NCBI RefSeq assembly: GCF_009914755.1
Contig: NC_060932.1
Direction: 5' to 3' (one strand)
DNA from: the human T2T-CHM13v2.0 reference genome, Homo sapiens
DNA: 64,000 nucleotides
The notes under the pieces were generated by a model, which was not told the DNA's origin, did not search any database, and saw nothing but the letters and a program-made list of their open reading frames with translations. The position numbers and the translations under genes are program-made. Shown one piece after another: positions 1-16,890 of this stretch; within the stretch, counting starts at the first letter, position 1, and each line of letters starts with the position of its first letter.

Positions 1-874
1 GTTAATGTCATGTTTCCCATATTGGTATGCAGAATTAAATAGATAGATTTAATAAGGAGCCTGGAATCTGTGATCATAAATGCCATTTAACCTTGAACTC
101 TACTTTTATATACAGTTTTATTTCAAGAAGCAGGTCAGAAGTTATAAATACTGAGTGAGGAACATGTATTAAATGCCGATTACATTTGTTTGTCCTTAAT
201 TTTTAACTGGTTATTATGACTATTCAGCCTTTTAGGATGATTTTACATTCTTTTCTAGTGAGACAGAAATATTTGTCATGGATAAGTATCATCAAATGGA
301 GAGGATTTATGGTAGCATTGTGAAATACTCCGACTGAAATTTAGTTTTCAAGTTGATTGGTTTTTTTTTAAGTAATTAAATTTAGGATCTTTGAAAATAG
401 CTACAAGACTTGGGACAATTTTTAATGACTGTGGGGCATCAACAAAGGCTAATATATTTCCGATCTGGTGCTCAGGGAATAGAGCTTGCAGAACCCATGC
501 TAATTTTGATAGTGGTTGCTATGTACTCAATTTCTTGCACACTACTTAAGAAGTATACCCCAAGGACTCATTCTGACTAAAATGTTAATGAAGCAGCTGC
601 CCTGGGAGATTTTGATTCCAAACTATGTGTAGCTAAACACCTCATTTAGTTAAGTGAGACATCTGATATGTCAAAGTGTAACAAAGTTTCCTATTATGGA
701 ATTTTTATAATATAGTAACACATCCATTGCTTTAACTATTGAGAACTGATTTAATACTTTCACTGAATAGCACTGTATGTCGAATCCCAACTTGATAAAC
801 ATGATCACGTTTAATATATTGGTGTCGAGTAATTCTCAGGATTCTTTCTGAAAGTTAACAAAAGTACCATCTAG

Positions 875-1081
<207 letters not shown>

Positions 1082-2033
1082 TGATGGCTGCTATACTTTA
1101 ATTATTTTATCTTTATTAATGCTTTTATAAATGTGATTTTAACAGTTGGGATTTTTAAATTAATTTGAAAATATTATTTAGCCAATATATTTGCTTCTGG
1201 GAATGTTTATTAAGGAAATAATGCATGATTTAAATATTTACCAAATACAGTTGCAGCATTATTTATAGTGGAGAAATAAGACATGAGTGGTGTAGATAAA
1301 GATAAAATAATTTGGGTTAAATAAACTGCTTAAGTAAGTTAAATTATGGTAAAATCATTACAGTTTCATGGTTAAAATATTTTATGAGATAGAAAAAGTT
1401 AATATATGCATGCAGATTATTAAACAGAATTTATACTTTAGTCTCAATTATATCACACACGTATGTCTATACCTACATATATGTATGTTAAATGTTTTCA
1501 GTATCAATGGGTGGTTAAATTGATGCTTTTAAAATTCTTTATGTCAACTTTTCTTTTTGGTCAGAAAATATATATTCCTTTGTCATTTTGTTTTTTCCAA
1601 GAGTGACTATCAACATCTGCAGTAGAATAAATTAAGGTTAGCATGAGCAAGAAAATTCTTGTAGTGAGCTCTGTTTCTGAGGGAAGGTCTTGAATCTTTC
1701 TTATTTTGGGGTCATAAAATGCTACCTAAAAAAGATCAGAAGTCTTGATTATTGTGGCGTGTCCTCTAGTCTATTATTTCCCTCCACATTCTAAAAAAAA
1801 TGTGTGTCATGTCACAAGATTGTATCAGTTTCTCTGAATGATACCATAGGGAATTTTATTTTTTTCTTCTTTTGAGTTTTCAAGAACTACATTGGTTTTG
1901 CTGTGGAATTTCAATGCTCTAATAAAAAATGAGAAGAGTAGAGGGAATAAAATGTATCTATCTATATAACTAAAGAATGGACAGGCATATGAAATCTAAA
2001 TTCACTACTAAATGAAAATTTTGCATTATACCA

Positions 2034-2377
2034 TGATATGGTTTGGCTGTGTCCCCACCCAAATCTCATCTTGAATTCCCGTGTGTTGTGGGAGGGACCT
2101 GGTGGGAGGTAATTGAATAATGGGGGTGGGTCTTTCCCATGCTCTTCTTGTGATAGTGAATAAGTCTCACGAGATCTGATGGCTTTAAAAATGGAAGTTT
2201 CCATGCACAAGCCCTCTCCTCTTATCTGCCACCATGTGAGACTTGCCCTTCACCTTCCACTATGATTGTGAGGCCTCCCCAGCCATGGGGAACTGTAAGT
2301 CCATTAGACCTCTTTCTTTTGTAAATTGCTCAGTCTTGGATATGTCTTTATCAGCAGCATGAAAACAGACTAATACA
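2034..2377 (+). mobile_element. THE1 (MaLR) solo LTR
   Basis: TGATATGGTTTGGCTGTGTCCCCACCCAAATCTC ... GACTAATACA, with 5-bp TSD TACCA on both sides. Confidence 0.92.
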
Positions 2378-2676
2378 TACCACGTGCATATTATTTTAAA
2401 ACCCTGAATTCAATTACCATAGTTTAAAAACTGTGAGTACCTCAAATATACTTGGCAGGAATACATTTTAACAGATGAAGATTGCAGTGAAGAGATGATT
2501 TTAGGAGTTACTAGAAGGTATTTTCATTTCTCTTTGGAGGACTGTGATTTATAGACAGGGTCAGTGTAGGTAATCCAGATTCTATAATGAAAAGGAAGAG
2601 AACAAAAAAAGAAGCAGTGGGCAAAAATGGACCTTTGGAGACAAGTTAGAAGAATAATTTAATCTAAAATATGTTG

Positions 2677-3090
<414 letters not shown>

Positions 3091-4373
3091 TTATTTCTCT
3101 CTTTTCCTTTATTTCTCTCTTCTTAAAAATTTTGACTTTGAAATTATTACTGAGATGACAGATGGCACTAAGCATCTTTAAAAAAATTATTGCATCTATG
3201 ACACATCAGCCATAAATAGCTGAATAATCATATCCAACAGCAAATGTACACATAGGCAAAAAATTATTTTGCAAGCAACCTCTATTTTATAACTTTGGCA
3301 AAAGCCAATTTAAAAATAATCCCTAAATATGTCTTATTTCAGTGAATATACTATAGCTTTTAAAATGTAATTTAAAGAAAAGCTATAGCAAACATTAGGT
3401 TTTGGTATGCTCACAGCAGCAAAATATGAAAAATGATTTGAATAAGTAACAGTAGAAATACTTCTACAGTTGAGGTCACAGATAGGTAAACAAGATGGAA
3501 AACATTCTGTACCATTAAAAATCTGTCAGTGATAAAGTTGTTTATTTAACGGGGGTGCAGAAGTTCTTCTGCCTTTATAAAACTCCCATGAGGAATCATT
3601 AGTAGCTTAGTATTCATAGATTGAGAGAAGTACAGGAAAATCAGACCTAGTTTGAGTAGAGATTACCATCTGGTAATTGAAGGCAGTGGTAAATGAAAGA
3701 GATTCCAAATGTCATCTCTTCCTGGAATGAAAGTTTATTTAAAGCATTTTAGTTTTGTATATACATGACTCTTTGCTAGCAAAAAAATAGAAGAAATGGA
3801 TGAATTTGAAATTTTCCTAGGAAATTTACTAAAGTCAACCCTCCTAAAGTTGTCTGTGGTACCATATACTCAGAGTAGAACAGGAAGCAAATGCGTCACC
3901 CCTTTCTCATTTTCCTTGCCTCCATGGATCACTGGGAAAAGGAGGGCACAGTAGTTGATGGGGCATCCTTCAGAGATGGGACCAGCTATTAGATCAGGAA
4001 TTTCAGGGTTGGAAGTGAGCAGGGTTGGCGGCCAATGTGTATTGCTGAAGGCAAGAACTGCGGAAGAACAGGAACCTAGGCAGACAAAAGTGATACAGAT
4101 TTTCAAGGTAAGGAACACAGAAACAGCTGGTCAGGAAAGTAAGTGCAAAGCATAACCAACCAAACTGCTAGAGTGTGCCAATCACACTAAAACAATCTTC
4201 TGGCTGGTATTCCTAAGTGCTTCCTACAGGACAGGGAATGCTGTTGGGATCCCTCAGCCCTTGGTGAGATAAAGCAAGCAACTATAAGTTGGCAGAAAAT
4301 GAGAGTACAAAGAGGATAAATATTCAGGGCCACTTCTCTACACGCTCCCCACTGACTAAATTTCCTGATCTGT

Positions 4374-4553
4374 CAGTGGTTTTCAGTACTTAGCTGCACA
4401 TTAATGATCTTGGAAAGGTTTTAGAGAATACCCAGGCTCTGCCCCATGCAAAATCAATTAAGGCAGAATCTCTGAGAAGTGGAGCCCAAATACCAGGATA
4501 TTTTAGAAGCTTTCCAGGTGATTCTGGAGTCCACCAAAAGTGAGAAACCACTC
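4374..4553. mobile_element. MER5-like hAT/Charlie DNA transposon relic
   Basis: CAGTGGTTTTTCA ... TGAGAAACCACT terminal inverted repeats, plus GCTGCACATTA and CCAGGTGATTCT internal motifs. Confidence 0.7.
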
Positions 4554-5139
4554 TAGGTCTGTGTGGATTATGAAACGCTGTGCAATTATCCAGCTAATCT
4601 TTATTTAATTAGACTAATTCATCTTACAAATGTTCAGCATGTCTAGATTCTGGGGAGCTGAAGCAAAGGGTCCAGGAACAATATAAAATATTTCTGCATG
4701 TTAGGTTGTTAGGATGCAGGCTGTCCTTAGGAGGAGGTGTGATCTTAGTGGGATAGTTTTCTCCAGCAAAGGCTGGAGAGTGAACAGCTGAGAGATGTCT
4801 GCTGCGGCTATCACAGCAGCCGGGCAATGAGCCCATCATTTCTGAGAGAGGATCTGAGCCAGTGGCTCTTTGAGCATCCTCTGTAGTCCATGCTTTGCAC
4901 CTGTCAGACCCATGTCTTTGTGTAGGGACTGGGAGAGGCTTTTCCAGGACTCCCCTGGGCCTCCTTTCTGGATGGGGGAGGGGATAATTTAGGAGAGAAA
5001 AATTAAAAGGATTCGCTATAGCCCTTGCAGCCCCAGCTTGTCTACAGCTGCCACAGAGTCTCACTTTCCCTCTTCTGCTACCCATTGTAGATTAGCCTCA
5101 CCCTCTGTCTGAACCTCTGCTGGTCTCTGTGGCTAAGCT

Positions 5140-5466
5140 GTGGCATGACCAATACCTTCATCCCGGAGGGGCTTGATCCTCTGATTACTCTACCCTTCTC
5201 AGACCAGGATTATTGCAGTTGTCCATTTATCATCAAATTTGTGCAAGGAAGTACTAAGAGGGACCCCAGTAGATACCTGGGTGCCAAACGTATTCCTTCT
5301 GGCTCCCATTGTGTAACAATAGCCCTACCTGCTTCTGATGATTAGGGTGGAGCAGCTTTGCCAAGGTGGCGATTGATCTTCTTGGCTGTGGGTGCCTTGG
5401 AAACCCACAGACCAAGTGTTTCAGGGATTGGAAGCTCACATTACCCAAGTGAGTCATTGGAAATGA
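5140..5466 (-). mobile_element. probable old ERVL-class internal fragment (appears to resume ~6230-6360)
   Basis: By-eye resemblance to antisense ERVL internal sequence, split by the MLT1/Alu insertion. Boundaries approximate. Confidence 0.4.
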
Positions 5467-6222
<756 letters not shown>

Positions 6223-6719
6223 GATGTTAAGCACGGTCATTTCTGCTTTCACCCTTGGTTCCTGGACCTGGGTATTCTACCTCTCAGGAATGTGGCATCA
6301 TATACAGGTCTTTGAATATATATAGTGAATATAAAGTGTCCTGAAGTATAGCATCCCTTCCTTGTAAAGTGTTGTTAAATACCTATTTCCTGGGTCTCCT
6401 GATGGTAGTTTGCCTTAAACCAAATAGGATATGTGATGCTGGTCTTTTCTCTGCCAGCATGCTCTTGAGTATTCTCTTTTTTTTAACCTCCTATGAAAAA
6501 AAAAAAAGCTGCCACCCAAACCAACCACCCCTAAGTCTTACCTCTTGACAAGGTATCTTTCTTTGCTCTGAGAATAATAAAAATCACATAGAAACTTGAG
6601 TGCTTTCTCTTTTAAATGAAAGGGGACGTTTTGTTATAAACATTGTCATTTTCTAAGTGCCCTTTATTCAATTTTTTTTCTCCTAAACTCTTCTTAAGGC
6701 TCTTTAAAAGATAAATCTT

Positions 6720-7051
<332 letters not shown>

Positions 7052-7139
7052 TTACACAATATTTATAATTGAAACAATATAGCTTTTTTACAAAAGAAGA
7101 AATCGTTTCCAGGATGGAGATTTCCAAAATGTTAGGAGT

Positions 7140-7810
7140 CTGTGGGAAGGTGTAAACCCACCTCTCTTCAGACAGCACGGTTCCAATCAGCCTAGTTGTG
7201 CCAGCTCCTATTGGAGGAGGATGGGAGGTTTCACGACGACTCAATGGCCAATTAAATGCTTTCAAATTCATAGTTTATTGCAAGGATTTCACACACCAAC
7301 AATCATGCAAATATACTCAATGCACACAGGCAGACATAAAAGAGAGGGGGAACAAACCATGGTGAGTAGCTCAGGAGGCCCGCAGGCTGACTGAGGCACA
7401 AGGAAGGCCTGGATTTCCCTGGAAACACTGACCAGCAAGGGGATGGGGGTCCCTGCTCATCTCCTGGCAGAGCTTCTAGCAGCCACTACCAATGGCGAGG
7501 AGGCCTCAGAGTTCTCCTGGCAAAGCTTCTGCAGGCATCTCAACTATTGTCAGTTTCTTGCTGTTTTTATGGATCTCCACAGGAGTGTGTCCGTAGTCAT
7601 CATCTCAGCCCCTTTAGCTTCACTTTCCTGTGGTGTCTCTGAGGTGCCTGGCCATGGGAGGTGTCATCTTATCACCTCAGTCCACCATACATGTGCTTAT
7701 CACTTTGAAGGGTCAGCAGTTTCACTGTGGGCTGAGTGACTTGTCATAAATGACTCCATTTCAAGACATTTAGAATCACAAAACATTATTATGTATCACA
7801 CGGCCATTCT
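7140..7810 (-). mobile_element. possible solo LTR, family uncertain
   Basis: GC-richer island in AT-rich DNA, with an antisense polyA signal (TTTATT at ~7274) placed as expected for a minus-strand LTR. Confidence 0.35.
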
Positions 7811-9399
7811 CACATGTCATAATGGGATCAACAAATCTTGCTTCTCTCCCAATAACTGGGACCAATTCTGAGGAATTATGACCCATGGTGACCATTTCTG
7901 GGGAATTCTAGCAGTGCGTGTGCTGTGTCTTATTTAACCAAACAAGTGTGCTATCAAAAGAGAATGTTAGCAGACTGACACTGTTCTTAAAATTATTCTT
8001 CAGAGATTCTATGTTTTTCCTGATTAATCTCTTTCTTGGGAAAGCCTTGAAAGGTATTTTGAGTAAGTGGAAATGTAGCCCGCTTCAGTCTAAGAATAAT
8101 TTAATCTTTAATTTTCTCTAACATTCATTAGGTTTTCCTTTTTTGCTGACTACCTAAATTTAATGGAATGTTTTTCTTCCTCTACTTGAAAAGTAGTAGA
8201 AGTAAATAAACTAAATATTCAACCAAGTATGTTGATACTGCTTTTGAGAAATATATTATTTTATGGATGAGAACTAAGGAAATTAGACAAGGAAATGCCA
8301 AATTTAACATGTTTGAAATTAACATGTTATTTAATTTGGTAGAATGTCATTCTGGGTTTTTTATAACAATAAATAAACAAGTTGTTTAGCTAAAATAGGG
8401 AATGTTGTCATCTTTCCTCTTCTCTGTCATACAAATTTTAGTTTTTAAATATAAAACTCATCTTTTTTTGTTCATTCCCCACAACCCTATACATGTGACA
8501 CAGAATTCTTACTAAGACTCTTGGCAAAATTGTTAGGCACTTTTCCAATTTTTAAAAAATGTTATGTGATTGTGAATTTTAACTGCCTTGTTAATTTGGA
8601 ATAATATTGTCAAAAATGTAATGAAAATGGAAATTTATGAGATTGTAGAAGTATTCATTAAAATTATATTAAATTATGTTTACATACTTGTTCTTATATA
8701 AAATTTGGGACAGGACTGGCCATTCTGGCCAAAGTTGAACCATCAAGATCTTTACAAAAATTAGTTCCCAGGTGGTTTCCCCCAAGCCCTCTCCCCTCAC
8801 AGTTCCACTGCTGTGCCATCCCACTGTTCTCCTTCCTGTCTTTCTGGTTTTAAGTCACAAATCAAAGTGTTTTTGCATGGACCCTTCTCTTAGTCCTACA
8901 AACTTTGTGTTTGGCTAAGCACACTCTGCATAATCAGTATCTCTTTGGAATTAAATTAGGTAATACCTGTACAGCATTTGGCATGTTGCCTAGTAAATAA
9001 AACTCATTCAATAAGTAAGAATACTCATGAGCTGTCTTAATACTAGTATTTAATTAAATTCTTTCTCATTAACCATAATTAGTAGGTACTTTTATGTTGC
9101 AAGTCAAAAATGCAGAACCTGAGAATCTCAGATATTAATTACCTTGACCAAAGTCACACAGCAGAAACTGGAATTTTACTCTAATACATCAGCTTTCCAG
9201 CTGTTAAGAGTAATTTATCTTGAAGTATGACTATTGACAGACTGAATCCTCCTGGGATATTTACCTTTCCTAAATAGCAGCTTGTGAACATGGCATGTAT
9301 TTAAGGATTATTTTATCAGGGAGAGTTTCTTTTATTTCCTGTGTGTATTCAGGACCAGAATTTCGTTGAGCCAGTTACAACTATTCTAATTAACGAAGA

Positions 9400-9968
9400 T
9401 GTAGGCTCTAAGAGAGAAAGCCTGTCCTTTTCCCTTTGAAGGGTTGCTGAAAATGAACTTGCAATAGGCAGATTAATAAGGAGACAAAGCATACAAAATT
9501 TATTGAATGTGCACGGGGCAAAATCATGGGAGAGTGATTACCCAATAATTCAGTGAGGTCCAGATACTTATATACCCTTCTTCATAGGCGATGGGAGAGG
9601 TGGGGAATGTAGGAGGCAGTAAAATGTTTATTAGGGAGAATGAATGGGCCCAAGAGACAGAAATTAACTTGTAAATGATTGTCTTGGAATTTGAATGAGC
9701 TGGAGAAATAGATATTATCTTGTGGGAAAAGTCCTTCTAGGTGGGTTACATTCCACAGTCTTCTTTTCTAGGATAGATAATGAGATTTCCAGGGAGGGTA
9801 GGGAAAGCAATTGTGTTTTCTTTTGCAGGTCTAGTCTTAAGGTAGATAGGGCATATCAGAGAAAAGCCTCATCCAATATCTGCTGACTTGCAGAAGCCTT
9901 TAATTTAAAGTAATCAGTATACCAAAGTGTCATATTTTAAGGGTAAAGTTTCCTGGGCTCCTTCCCAG
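9400..9968 (-). mobile_element. ERV1 (MER4-group) solo LTR
   Basis: GGCAGATTAATAAGGAGACAAAGCATACAAAATTTATT near one end and AAAGTAATCAGTATACCAAAGTGTCATATTTT near the other. Confidence 0.6.
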
Positions 9969-10762
9969 AAGCCATAAGAAATAAACAAATTAAAAATCTG
10001 TGAAACAAGCACACAAATTTCATTTTCTGTACTGAAGTAAATGTAGTATGTTTTCTCCCTAATCTTCCACAATTGCTTTTCTCAAGTATAAACTGGTTTT
10101 TTAAATTTCCATTTAAAAAAAATCTGCAAATTTGACATGGATCTTTAAAATTTTATTGTTTTTCTTCAGTGTTCTGGAATTCTGACTAGTTTAATAAAAC
10201 TATAGCACAGCTAAAATGAGCAGTCAGTTTCCTATTTCCCCCCCTCAAAATGGTGATAGTTTCTTTCACTTTAAAGAAATCTCGTGATTTAGTTTAGAAA
10301 CTAGTGCATTTAGCAGTCTTGAAAGAAGATTGTTTTGAATTTTGAAATTGTTTATTAAAAATTGAGGCTCATAAGTAGTGATGCATTTCAAGGGAAAATA
10401 ATTTACATTTCCAACTTGGATCCATAGCCATTCCTGTTACTGGCAACCTTTCCACAGGAAATCTTGTATATCTGGGCCCTTGTCCTGTGATTTATTTCCT
10501 CTCCAAAATTTTTTAAATGATACCTCATAAGGGTTAAAGGAAAAATACTGAATCAAAAATGTTATTAAAAAGGAAATTTATATGCTTTTCAAAATACATT
10601 TAAAATTAGTGAGATATTATAACTAAATTGACAATTTGAGTAGAGGTGATTTTCTAAGATTTCAATTTATACTTTTTATTACATTAATATTTCTTAATGA
10701 AGGTTATACAAGAATGTGAATATGCATGGGGAGTGAAAATTTCCATTTTTTTACTCTGACAT

Positions 10763-11075
10763 GTTTTTGTTGTTGTTACTGTTGTTTTAGAAGACAGAGT
10801 CTTACTCTGTCCCCCAGACTGGAGTCCAGTGGCACGATCCTAGCTTACTGCAGCTTCAAAATCCTGGGCTCAAGTTATCTTCCCACTTCAGCCTCCTGAG
10901 TAACTAGGACTACGGGTGCATGCCACCATGCCAGGCTAATTTTTTAACTTTGTTTTTTTAGAGACAGGGTCTCGCTATGTTGCCTAGGCTAGTTTTGAAC
11001 TTCTGACCTCAAATGATCCACCAGCCTTGGCTCTCAAAGTGCTGGAATTATAGGCATGAGCCACTGTGCCAGGCC
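10763..11075 (-). mobile_element. AluJ
   Basis: Antisense Alu; TSD TCTGACAT. Confidence 0.92.
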
Positions 11076-11212
11076 TCTGACATACGTTAATGCACAGTTC
11101 TGCCTCTCATACATATGTTGCGAATATGTACATATATGTGTCATATGTAATAGACGTGTGTGTATAAATATCAAATACATTGGAAGTGTGAGTTTAGCTT
11201 CACAAAGAATGT

Positions 11213-11771
11213 TGTAGGGGAGGAAAAATAATTTTCTCTCTACCTTTCATAGTTCTTCGTTGGGATGGTCCCCATAGCAAAAGACAAGTTAACAAGAGAA
11301 AAACAAACAGAAGTTTAATAACAGGTATACCTCATGTATACATGGGAGATACCTAAGGAATAGTGACTAAATCTGAAAGAGGTAGCTTTGAACTTAGGCT
11401 TAAATATAACCATTTTCTACTGAGAAGAAGGGTCTAGGGAAGGCCCAGTTATGGGGAGGTGACCAGGAAAGCACCATAAAAAAAAGGGTAAGATTTGTTG
11501 TGCAGATAAAACTATCTGTGATCATCTTCCTTCTCTTCCTAGTACAGAGGGGGAGACACTGTTACAAGTAGAGGTTTCCTTTATGGATGTAAATTTTCCT
11601 TATCAAAGGGAAACTTCTACTCGGTTTTCAGAGTTTCTCCTGTGTCTGCGTGCAGTTTCTCAAAATAACCAGATCAAAATAATCCTTATGCCAATGAGGC
11701 ATATTTTGGGGTGATATATTCTGGTCTCCTACAGTTATATTTTGGAGCGGCATATTTTGGGCTCCCACAAC
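11213..11771 (-). mobile_element. MER34-like ERV1 solo LTR
   Basis: TGTAGGGGAGGAAAAATAATTTTCTCTCTACC ... GGCATATTTTGGGGTGATATATTCTGGTCTCCTACA. Confidence 0.7.
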
Positions 11772-12033
11772 ATATACAAAATGTTTTAAAAATAGAGGAC
11801 AGTTAAACCAGAAATTTTCTTTGCCCATTGGACAGAAAAATCACCAAATGTTTGATATTTATTTTGAGAGCAGAACAGTTTTCATTCATTTTTGGACCTA
11901 ACATAGTTTTTTTGCATATATGTTGATAATTGGTCCTATTTGCTAAATTTACTAATAATCAATAAAATTATACTACACGTGGAGAAATTGAGTTATAAAG
12001 TTGCTTGTAAAATATGTTTACTTGTTTACACAG

Positions 12034-12148
12034 CACTAGAGAGCATGGAAGGATATTATTACAGAGACAATGTTTCTGTGGAAGAATTTCAAGCTCAGAT
12101 AAATGCAGCCTCACTGGAAAAGGTCAAACAGTACAACCAGAAGCTCAG
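12034..12148 (+). CDS. PREX2: PREX2 internal coding exon, 115 nt, phase 1-2
   Basis: Acceptor ttgtttacacag|CA, donor CTCAG|gtatgt. Encodes (A)[37 protein letters not shown](R). Lies inside ORF 11940..12245. Confidence 0.93.
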
Positions 12149-12759
12149 GTATGTAACAATCCAACTGAAAAATAATGAGTGTCTATATTTTGATAGAAAT
12201 GTATTAATAGGACTTTTGATGCTATTTATCATATTAGATTATTAATGACATTTCTTTTGATATAAATTCCTCGGATTTAGGGTTTAATATTTTAAATATT
12301 CTAATTTGTTATACTTTTTCCCAGTAAAAATAATTAAGTAAAAGTGTGTTGGCATTTTTATGCAAATTTAAAAATTTCTGAAGAGATAAAGAGAAGGGGT
12401 TAAATATGTAGTAGACCGTTTCCAAGAAAGAAAATCACTGACATATGTTATAGTGGTGTCCCCTATAAGATTTATTGGATTAAGGGTAAAACAGGTTTCT
12501 CTATGTACCACCAAATAGCTGGCACCCCCACACAGAGAGAAGAATATGTGTTCAGCATGGAAGATATGATTGATCATGTGCTTGGTATTGGAAAAATATG
12601 TACTTTCAAATGTGTCCCTTAATGCTTGCATTTTACTGTCTTTTTCCCCCCAAAAAATAGTGTTACTGGTACAATGATAAATGACAGGGAAAATTAACCA
12701 CAGTAAGTGAAAAGAAATGTGTTATAATTCAAAAGCTTTATTTGTCAACAAATTATTAG

Positions 12760-12891
12760 TGTATGTGTGTGTGAATATATATATGTATATATATATTCAC
12801 ATATATATGTGTATATATATGTGTGTATATATGTATATATATATACACACATATATGAATATATATGTGTATATATATTCACACACACATA
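12760..12891. repeat. compound (TA)n/(TG)n/(CA)n microsatellite
   Basis: Directly visible. Confidence 0.95.
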
Positions 12892-15778
12892 TCTCCTTCT
12901 TATCTTATGAATTACCCTGTTGACAGATCACTTTTAAAAACTTAACAAATTAAGGCTTTTATTTTTAAAAGAAAAAATATTTTTGTTCTATCTTGAGCCT
13001 TAATAAATCAAAAATACTATTTTGACATTTTTAATTTTTTGTCCTGTCAACTTAAAAGGAAGAACCTGAGACAAAATTAGTATAAGTAGAGAGTTTATTT
13101 GGGCCAAGCTTGAGAATTGCAAGCCAGGAGCATAGATTCAAATTGCTCTGAATGTTCACTCAAATTAGCAGCAATTACAAATAGATTTTTAAAGGAAAAA
13201 ATGGGAGACAAGGAGTGAGCTGATACAAAGTTGTTTGTCAGGCATTCTCACTGATTTACAGAAATAACATTGACAAGTGGTTGGCTATGCATTGTTAAGC
13301 TCTAGGGTGTGGGTTGTAGCATCAAGTGTGGCATCTTTATGTTAAGTTACAGCTACTTATGGTGATAGCCAGCAGTTTCAAGAGATAAATACATAGCGCA
13401 AAGGGACTAGGAGGATGTAATTGCTGTTTCATTTTAATGTCTCTCTGGGCCTGTTAATTAAAATAGCTTGCATTCCTCAGATGAAAGTTATTTTCTTCTC
13501 TCATTTCCCCCTTTTGATCAAAAATCTTTCTTCTTAACAGCATTGATGATCAAAATTTGAGTTTCAAGGTGTCCATCATCAGGAAGGCTCATTCCCAAGT
13601 AGTTCTGTCAAAGTCATTGATTTATGGCTGCTGTTGCTTGTTGAATCGTAGCTAGACTTCAGAGTATCGTCAATTTAGTTTCATCAGAAGAAGGAAAACA
13701 ACAAGAGATAGTGGAAATATAATCCATGTAAGGATTATAACTAAAAATAAAATTTGAATGCCAGAACAGCAACAAAGACAGAACTATTCCATTAGGCAGT
13801 CAACTAAAAATATCATGAAGAAAATTAAATCCAGGTTCTTCTTTAGAGACTCATAGCTGGGAAGTAATTCAAGATTTAATCCAAATTGTAGGCAAATAAT
13901 AAAACTCAAAAACAATGGACAAGACTAGAATCTAATAACCGGCATACTATAGTTTTTTTCTGAAACATTTTTTCTTTATCCAGTTCTCCATTTTTACCAA
14001 AGACAAATCTTAGTTGAACCAATTTATTTGCAAAATAAGTTTTAGTGTTATGATGCTTTGCCTACTTATTTGCATAAAGTGCAAGAAGAATAGTGAATGG
14101 CCATATAGTCTCTTTTAAGTTGGCTTTACCGGGACTTCCACAGTAGCTTTAGATTCAGCTTTTAAAAGCCCCAAGGCCAGCCAATCCAAGGATTTGCCCT
14201 CAGACTGTCTGCAGTACTTGTAAAAAATGGGTGAACTCTGCTCTTCTTGAGATCCCAAAATAACCTGAGTTCCTGGTCCTGTCAGAAAGTGACATTCTTT
14301 AGTTACCATGAGGACAGAAACCTTATAAAGGAATTGTGCAGACAAAGTACCAGACCAGTCTTTCCAAGGGTTTTTTTAATTGGCTCTATAAAGTCCACAT
14401 CAATTCCTCAAAGCAGTCTGATTATATCTGAAACTATGCCATTCCAGTCAAAGTTTCAGTAAAAGAACCAGTATATCTAATTATGTATCTTAAAAAAGAA
14501 TACAGATTTTTGTTGAATTTATATAAACAACTACATTGCTAGAAATTAAGAGTACTCACAAATAGTTCCCAAATTTTGGAGAAATGTGATACAGAGAAAG
14601 TCAATTGTTTTGGCTTTACTCACAAAAGTATACTTCACCCAATTGCTATAAGCTGTAAATGGCTCACAAAGAAAAAAAATAGTTTTCTTGACTCTAGAAA
14701 ATAAAACATAAAAAGCATCAGCAATATCTCAAACAAAAAAATCATTAAAAATTATTTTAGTCCTCTATTAGTTTAGTCTCATGGAATTAATTCTTGTTCC
14801 ACTTGATGTTGGGTTAGCAATTCTCATGAACATATCAGCTCTTCAGTTAGAATCCTGGAAGTTTTTTCTTAGTCCAATGGTATGATCTCCAAGTAATCAG
14901 AAACCTATATTCACATCAGTCTTTTCCATCCTTGCATGAACTTCTTTGAAGACACAACACTTTAGAATTTTACTTGCTTGTAGAGATCTTTTAGAAGATG
15001 CATCAGAATTAAGTAATTAACTGTGCAAATGACTTAAAATCATCATAGTTATATATACAATTGAAAAGTAAATTTGTTTATGTCTGTGGCCTATAATAAT
15101 TTAACATAATAAGCATAATTATCACTGATAACATATATCAAGGCAAACCAGAATTTTAGAAAGCTCATATAATTTTAGGACACATATTACTAACACATTT
15201 ATATAAATATACCCAAAGAATGCTAAACACCATTTCTTATTTGATAGTACTTCCTGTATGAATGTAATATACCAAATAAGCCTAATATGTCTGTCTTGGA
15301 CTTACAGGGGTTACTTTGGGAAACACAGTTTTAGAATTTGAAATGTGATTTGAGGAAGTATGTCAAATATTAAAGGTTTAAAACATTTGTTCAAAATAGG
15401 ATCATAAGTAACTACAAAATGAGATTCATTTAGCCAAAATGATAATTCCAAGATTTCAAAAGGCAAAAATCTTTATTCTTTGATAGAGAGAAGACTTAGT
15501 TTTTCAAAAAATCAAAATACCTAATAAAGACAGTATGAGACCAACAGAATCTTTCTCTTTTTTGACAGTTTACTCAAAAGGTAAACAAAAGATTTTTATT
15601 ATCTCATTAATATTGTGTAAAAATCCTATTCAAAAGAAAATACCAAGTTCTACCTTTGCATCAGTGTATTATTAATGGTAAAGTTATTTTAATAAAACCT
15701 TATAAACAAATCCATCCAATCTTAATCAGCTTTGACCACACAAGATAAGATTTTCATAAACCTTTTATAACCTTTTAA

Positions 15779-16102
<324 letters not shown>

Positions 16103-16528
16103 TAAAATTTTCTATTAGAGAGCAGAACAATGCTCTAAGAAAACCCTGTTATTCTAATAGCACGCCCCAGATCCTGACCCTGCATCAGTGTGCTTTTAAT
16201 ATTAATGTTAAGTTTTTAGAAAAACTAAATAATCCCCTTTTAATTTCAGCCAACTTGATCACACACAAAATTTCTTTCACAAGATCCATCTTCCGCAAAC
16301 CTTCTACAGCTTGCTTAAAACATCAGTTGTATCCTACATTTTACCATAGGACAAAAATTTACTTTCCCTTCTCCCTTATTGTGACCATATAAAGTTCTCT
16401 CTCAAGTAAAAAAAAAAAATTACTCTATCTTTTCAACTTTCTTTACATCGTATTTTCTTTATATGTTCTGTATATAGACATGTTTCTCTTATATCTGGTA
16501 GTTTTAGTTACACATACTGATTACAGTT

Positions 16529-16890
16529 TGCATTAGTTTGTTCTCATACTGCTAATAAAGACATACCCAGGACTGGGTAATTATAAAGGAATGAGGTTTA
16601 ATTGACTCACAGTTCCATATGGCTGGGGAAGCCTCACAATCCTGGTGGAAGGCAAGAAGGAGCAAGTCACATCTTACATGGCAGCAGGCAAGTGAGAGAG
16701 AGCATGTGCAGGGGAACCCCCATTTAGAAAACCATCAGATCTCTTGAGATTTATTCAATATCATGAGGACAGCATGGGAAAGACTCACCCCCATAATTCA
16801 ATTACCTCCCACTTGGTCCCTCCCACAACATGTGGGGATTATGGGAGCTAGAATTCCAGATTTAGGTTGGGACACAGCCAAACCATATCA
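16529..16890 (-). mobile_element. THE1 solo LTR nested in the ERV
   Basis: TGCATTAGTTTGTTCTCATACTGCTAATAAAGACATACC ... CCAAACCATATCA; TSD CAGTT. Confidence 0.92.

Noticed and set aside
4624-5085. Longest ORF in the track (153 aa, minus strand)
   Set aside because: No recognisable domain or splice context; consistent with a chance ORF in GC-richer, repeat-like DNA.
11696-11771. Doubled GGCATATTTTGG motif at an LTR end
   Set aside because: Probably intrinsic to the MER34-type LTR.
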